In this document: positions 62,450-64,000 of the stretch, in pieces
Position numbering within the stretch: position 1 is the first letter of the stretch
Layout: every line of letters starts with the position of its first letter
Origin: Guillardia theta CCMP2712
Lineage: Eukaryota > Protista > Cryptophyta
Direction: 5' to 3'
NCBI RefSeq assembly: GCF_000315625.1
Contig: NW_005434631.1
Location: 513,039-577,038, forward strand
DNA length: 64,000 bases
Notes under the pieces: model-generated
What the model saw: the letters and a program-made list of their open reading frames with translations, nothing else
What the model was told of the DNA's origin: nothing
Databases searched by the model: none
Program-made: the position numbers and the translations under genes

Positions 62450-63479
62450 TTCCTGTAGACACAGGGTCAGAACAAGTTCCATCATTCGTTCAGCGGGCAA
62501 GCTTGCTAGACTGCCCTCCAAAGCGCACGAATCTGTTCTTCACTGTTCGCCATCCTCTCCATCACTACCAACACCCAGCACCTTGCTCTCAGCATCATAC
62601 CAAAGTCGAATCAGCAAGAGAGTGTCCGTCTTGGCTCTTCTAAGGTTCAAACCCTCTAAGGACACATCGCACTTTCTGTTGGACTGCATGCACAATCCCC
62701 AGCTAGTTCCCATCATCGCCCGCGCTCTAGTCCGTCTCCCATTCACCATGATCATGCTACAATCCCTCTTGTAGACAACTATCGACTCGATTCCCAACAC
62801 TTCCGCTCCGTGGGCGATTAACATCCCTTCCCTGTGGCTTGTTAATGGGAATTCTTTGTGAACTATTCTCTCCTGTTATCGCTTGGTCGCTCCTAGACGG
62901 ATGTATGCACATCATCTTCTGCAGCATGATCCTCGCCTTCACTATCAGCTCCTCCTCCTCCTCCTCCCCCTCATCCTCCTCATCCTCCCCTCCCCCCCCC
63001 CTTGCCCTCCATTCTTGTGGCGACACATGCGGAGGCCGAAATGCACTACTGGTGGAGCGAATGAGAAGGCGGGGAAACAGAGGGGGTGGGGTGATCTAAG
63101 TACGGGTACTATACAGAAAATCCGAGGGTGTCGCAAGAATGGGGGTGCTGTATACGTAATACATAGGGGTATTTTGAACGGAAATTAGGGGTACGATTAC
63201 CACTTTCCATTGGAGACCAGAGTGGTATAACCCCCTACCCTAATTTTACAGTTGGAGAGAACTTCAGGTGGGTGGGTACCCCATGTTTCCATCACCCCCT
63301 GAAATCCTCTGTGTAACCCCACCTTGCCTAAGACTCCGTAACAATCCAATTTTTGAAATATTGTTCTAAAGTTTGAATATTTGATTATAATGTATTTGAA
63401 AATGAGATGAAATCCTGAGTGAGCCAATTATTACCCCCTTATTTACCCTACGAGATACCACCGGTACTGGTATTCCTAC

Positions 63480-63770
63480 TGGCCCGAACTCACACACTGC
63501 CGGGGGGCCCGGGCCCGGCAAGCCTCTGGGCCCATCACTGTCATCCGATGGCCCCGGCCACCGGTGAGGCGGAGGTCGGGCTGGCCGGGGGCCGGGCGCT
63601 CGGATGGTCAGCCCGGGCCCGGGCCGCAGCGGCGGCGCGCCGAGTGAGCCCGACGCTGAGCCCCCGGCTCGCCTAGGCCCGCTGGCCGTGACTCGGAGCC
63701 TTCAGACTCGGCGCCGGGTCACTGAGCCTCTTCCGGGCCCGGCTCCCGGAGTGAGGGGATGAGGGCCATC
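63480..63770. other. GC-rich intergenic island
   Basis: Same GGCC/CCCGGG vocabulary as the other islands, upstream of the OTU gene. Confidence 0.65.
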
Positions 63771-64000
63771 GAATACAATTTCAGCCTCTCACCTTCCAGT
63801 GTTGAGGGGGGTGGGGTAGAGAAAAATTGAATTATGTAGACCACCGGTAAGGAGAAATTCATAATGATAAGGGGGGTTGGGTTATTTCAAGAGAGGTGGG
63901 GTAGTGTTTCCTAAACGCTGATCTGCCCGAAAAGTGCGGAGGGATGGCGGAGAGCGCGAGAGAAGGGGAGGGGACGAGAGAGAGAGAACAGGAGAGAGGG

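Noticed and set aside
1-64000. tRNA/rRNA genes
   Set aside because: No cloverleaf or rRNA signature recognised by eye; tRNAscan-SE/Infernal not run

Overview
Eukaryotic nuclear DNA: intron-rich, with microsatellite-laden introns and 6 N-gaps. Composition and gene families suggest a cryptophyte alga (Guillardia/Hanusia-like; inference). About 20 spliced host genes are present, including a PX-domain protein, a probable pseudokinase, TRM10, an RRM protein, WD40, an FkbM-like methyltransferase, an ankyrin protein, NRAMP, adenylosuccinate lyase, a PDZ protein and an OTU deubiquitinase. The 5.5-10.6 kb region is a mobile-element cluster. It holds a young 1.5 kb non-autonomous copia-type LTR element (near-identical LTRs, TSD, half-tRNA-Met PBS, PPT). 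It also holds an apparently intact Crypton-type tyrosine-recombinase gene, whose two ORFs are joined in frame by a 48-nt intron. Head-to-head intergenic regions repeatedly carry GC-rich, hairpin-dense islands, a recurrent GTACTGATTTTTAACTTAACTTT motif and strand-polarised GGGGT/ACCCC arms. Exon boundaries of most host genes are approximate.
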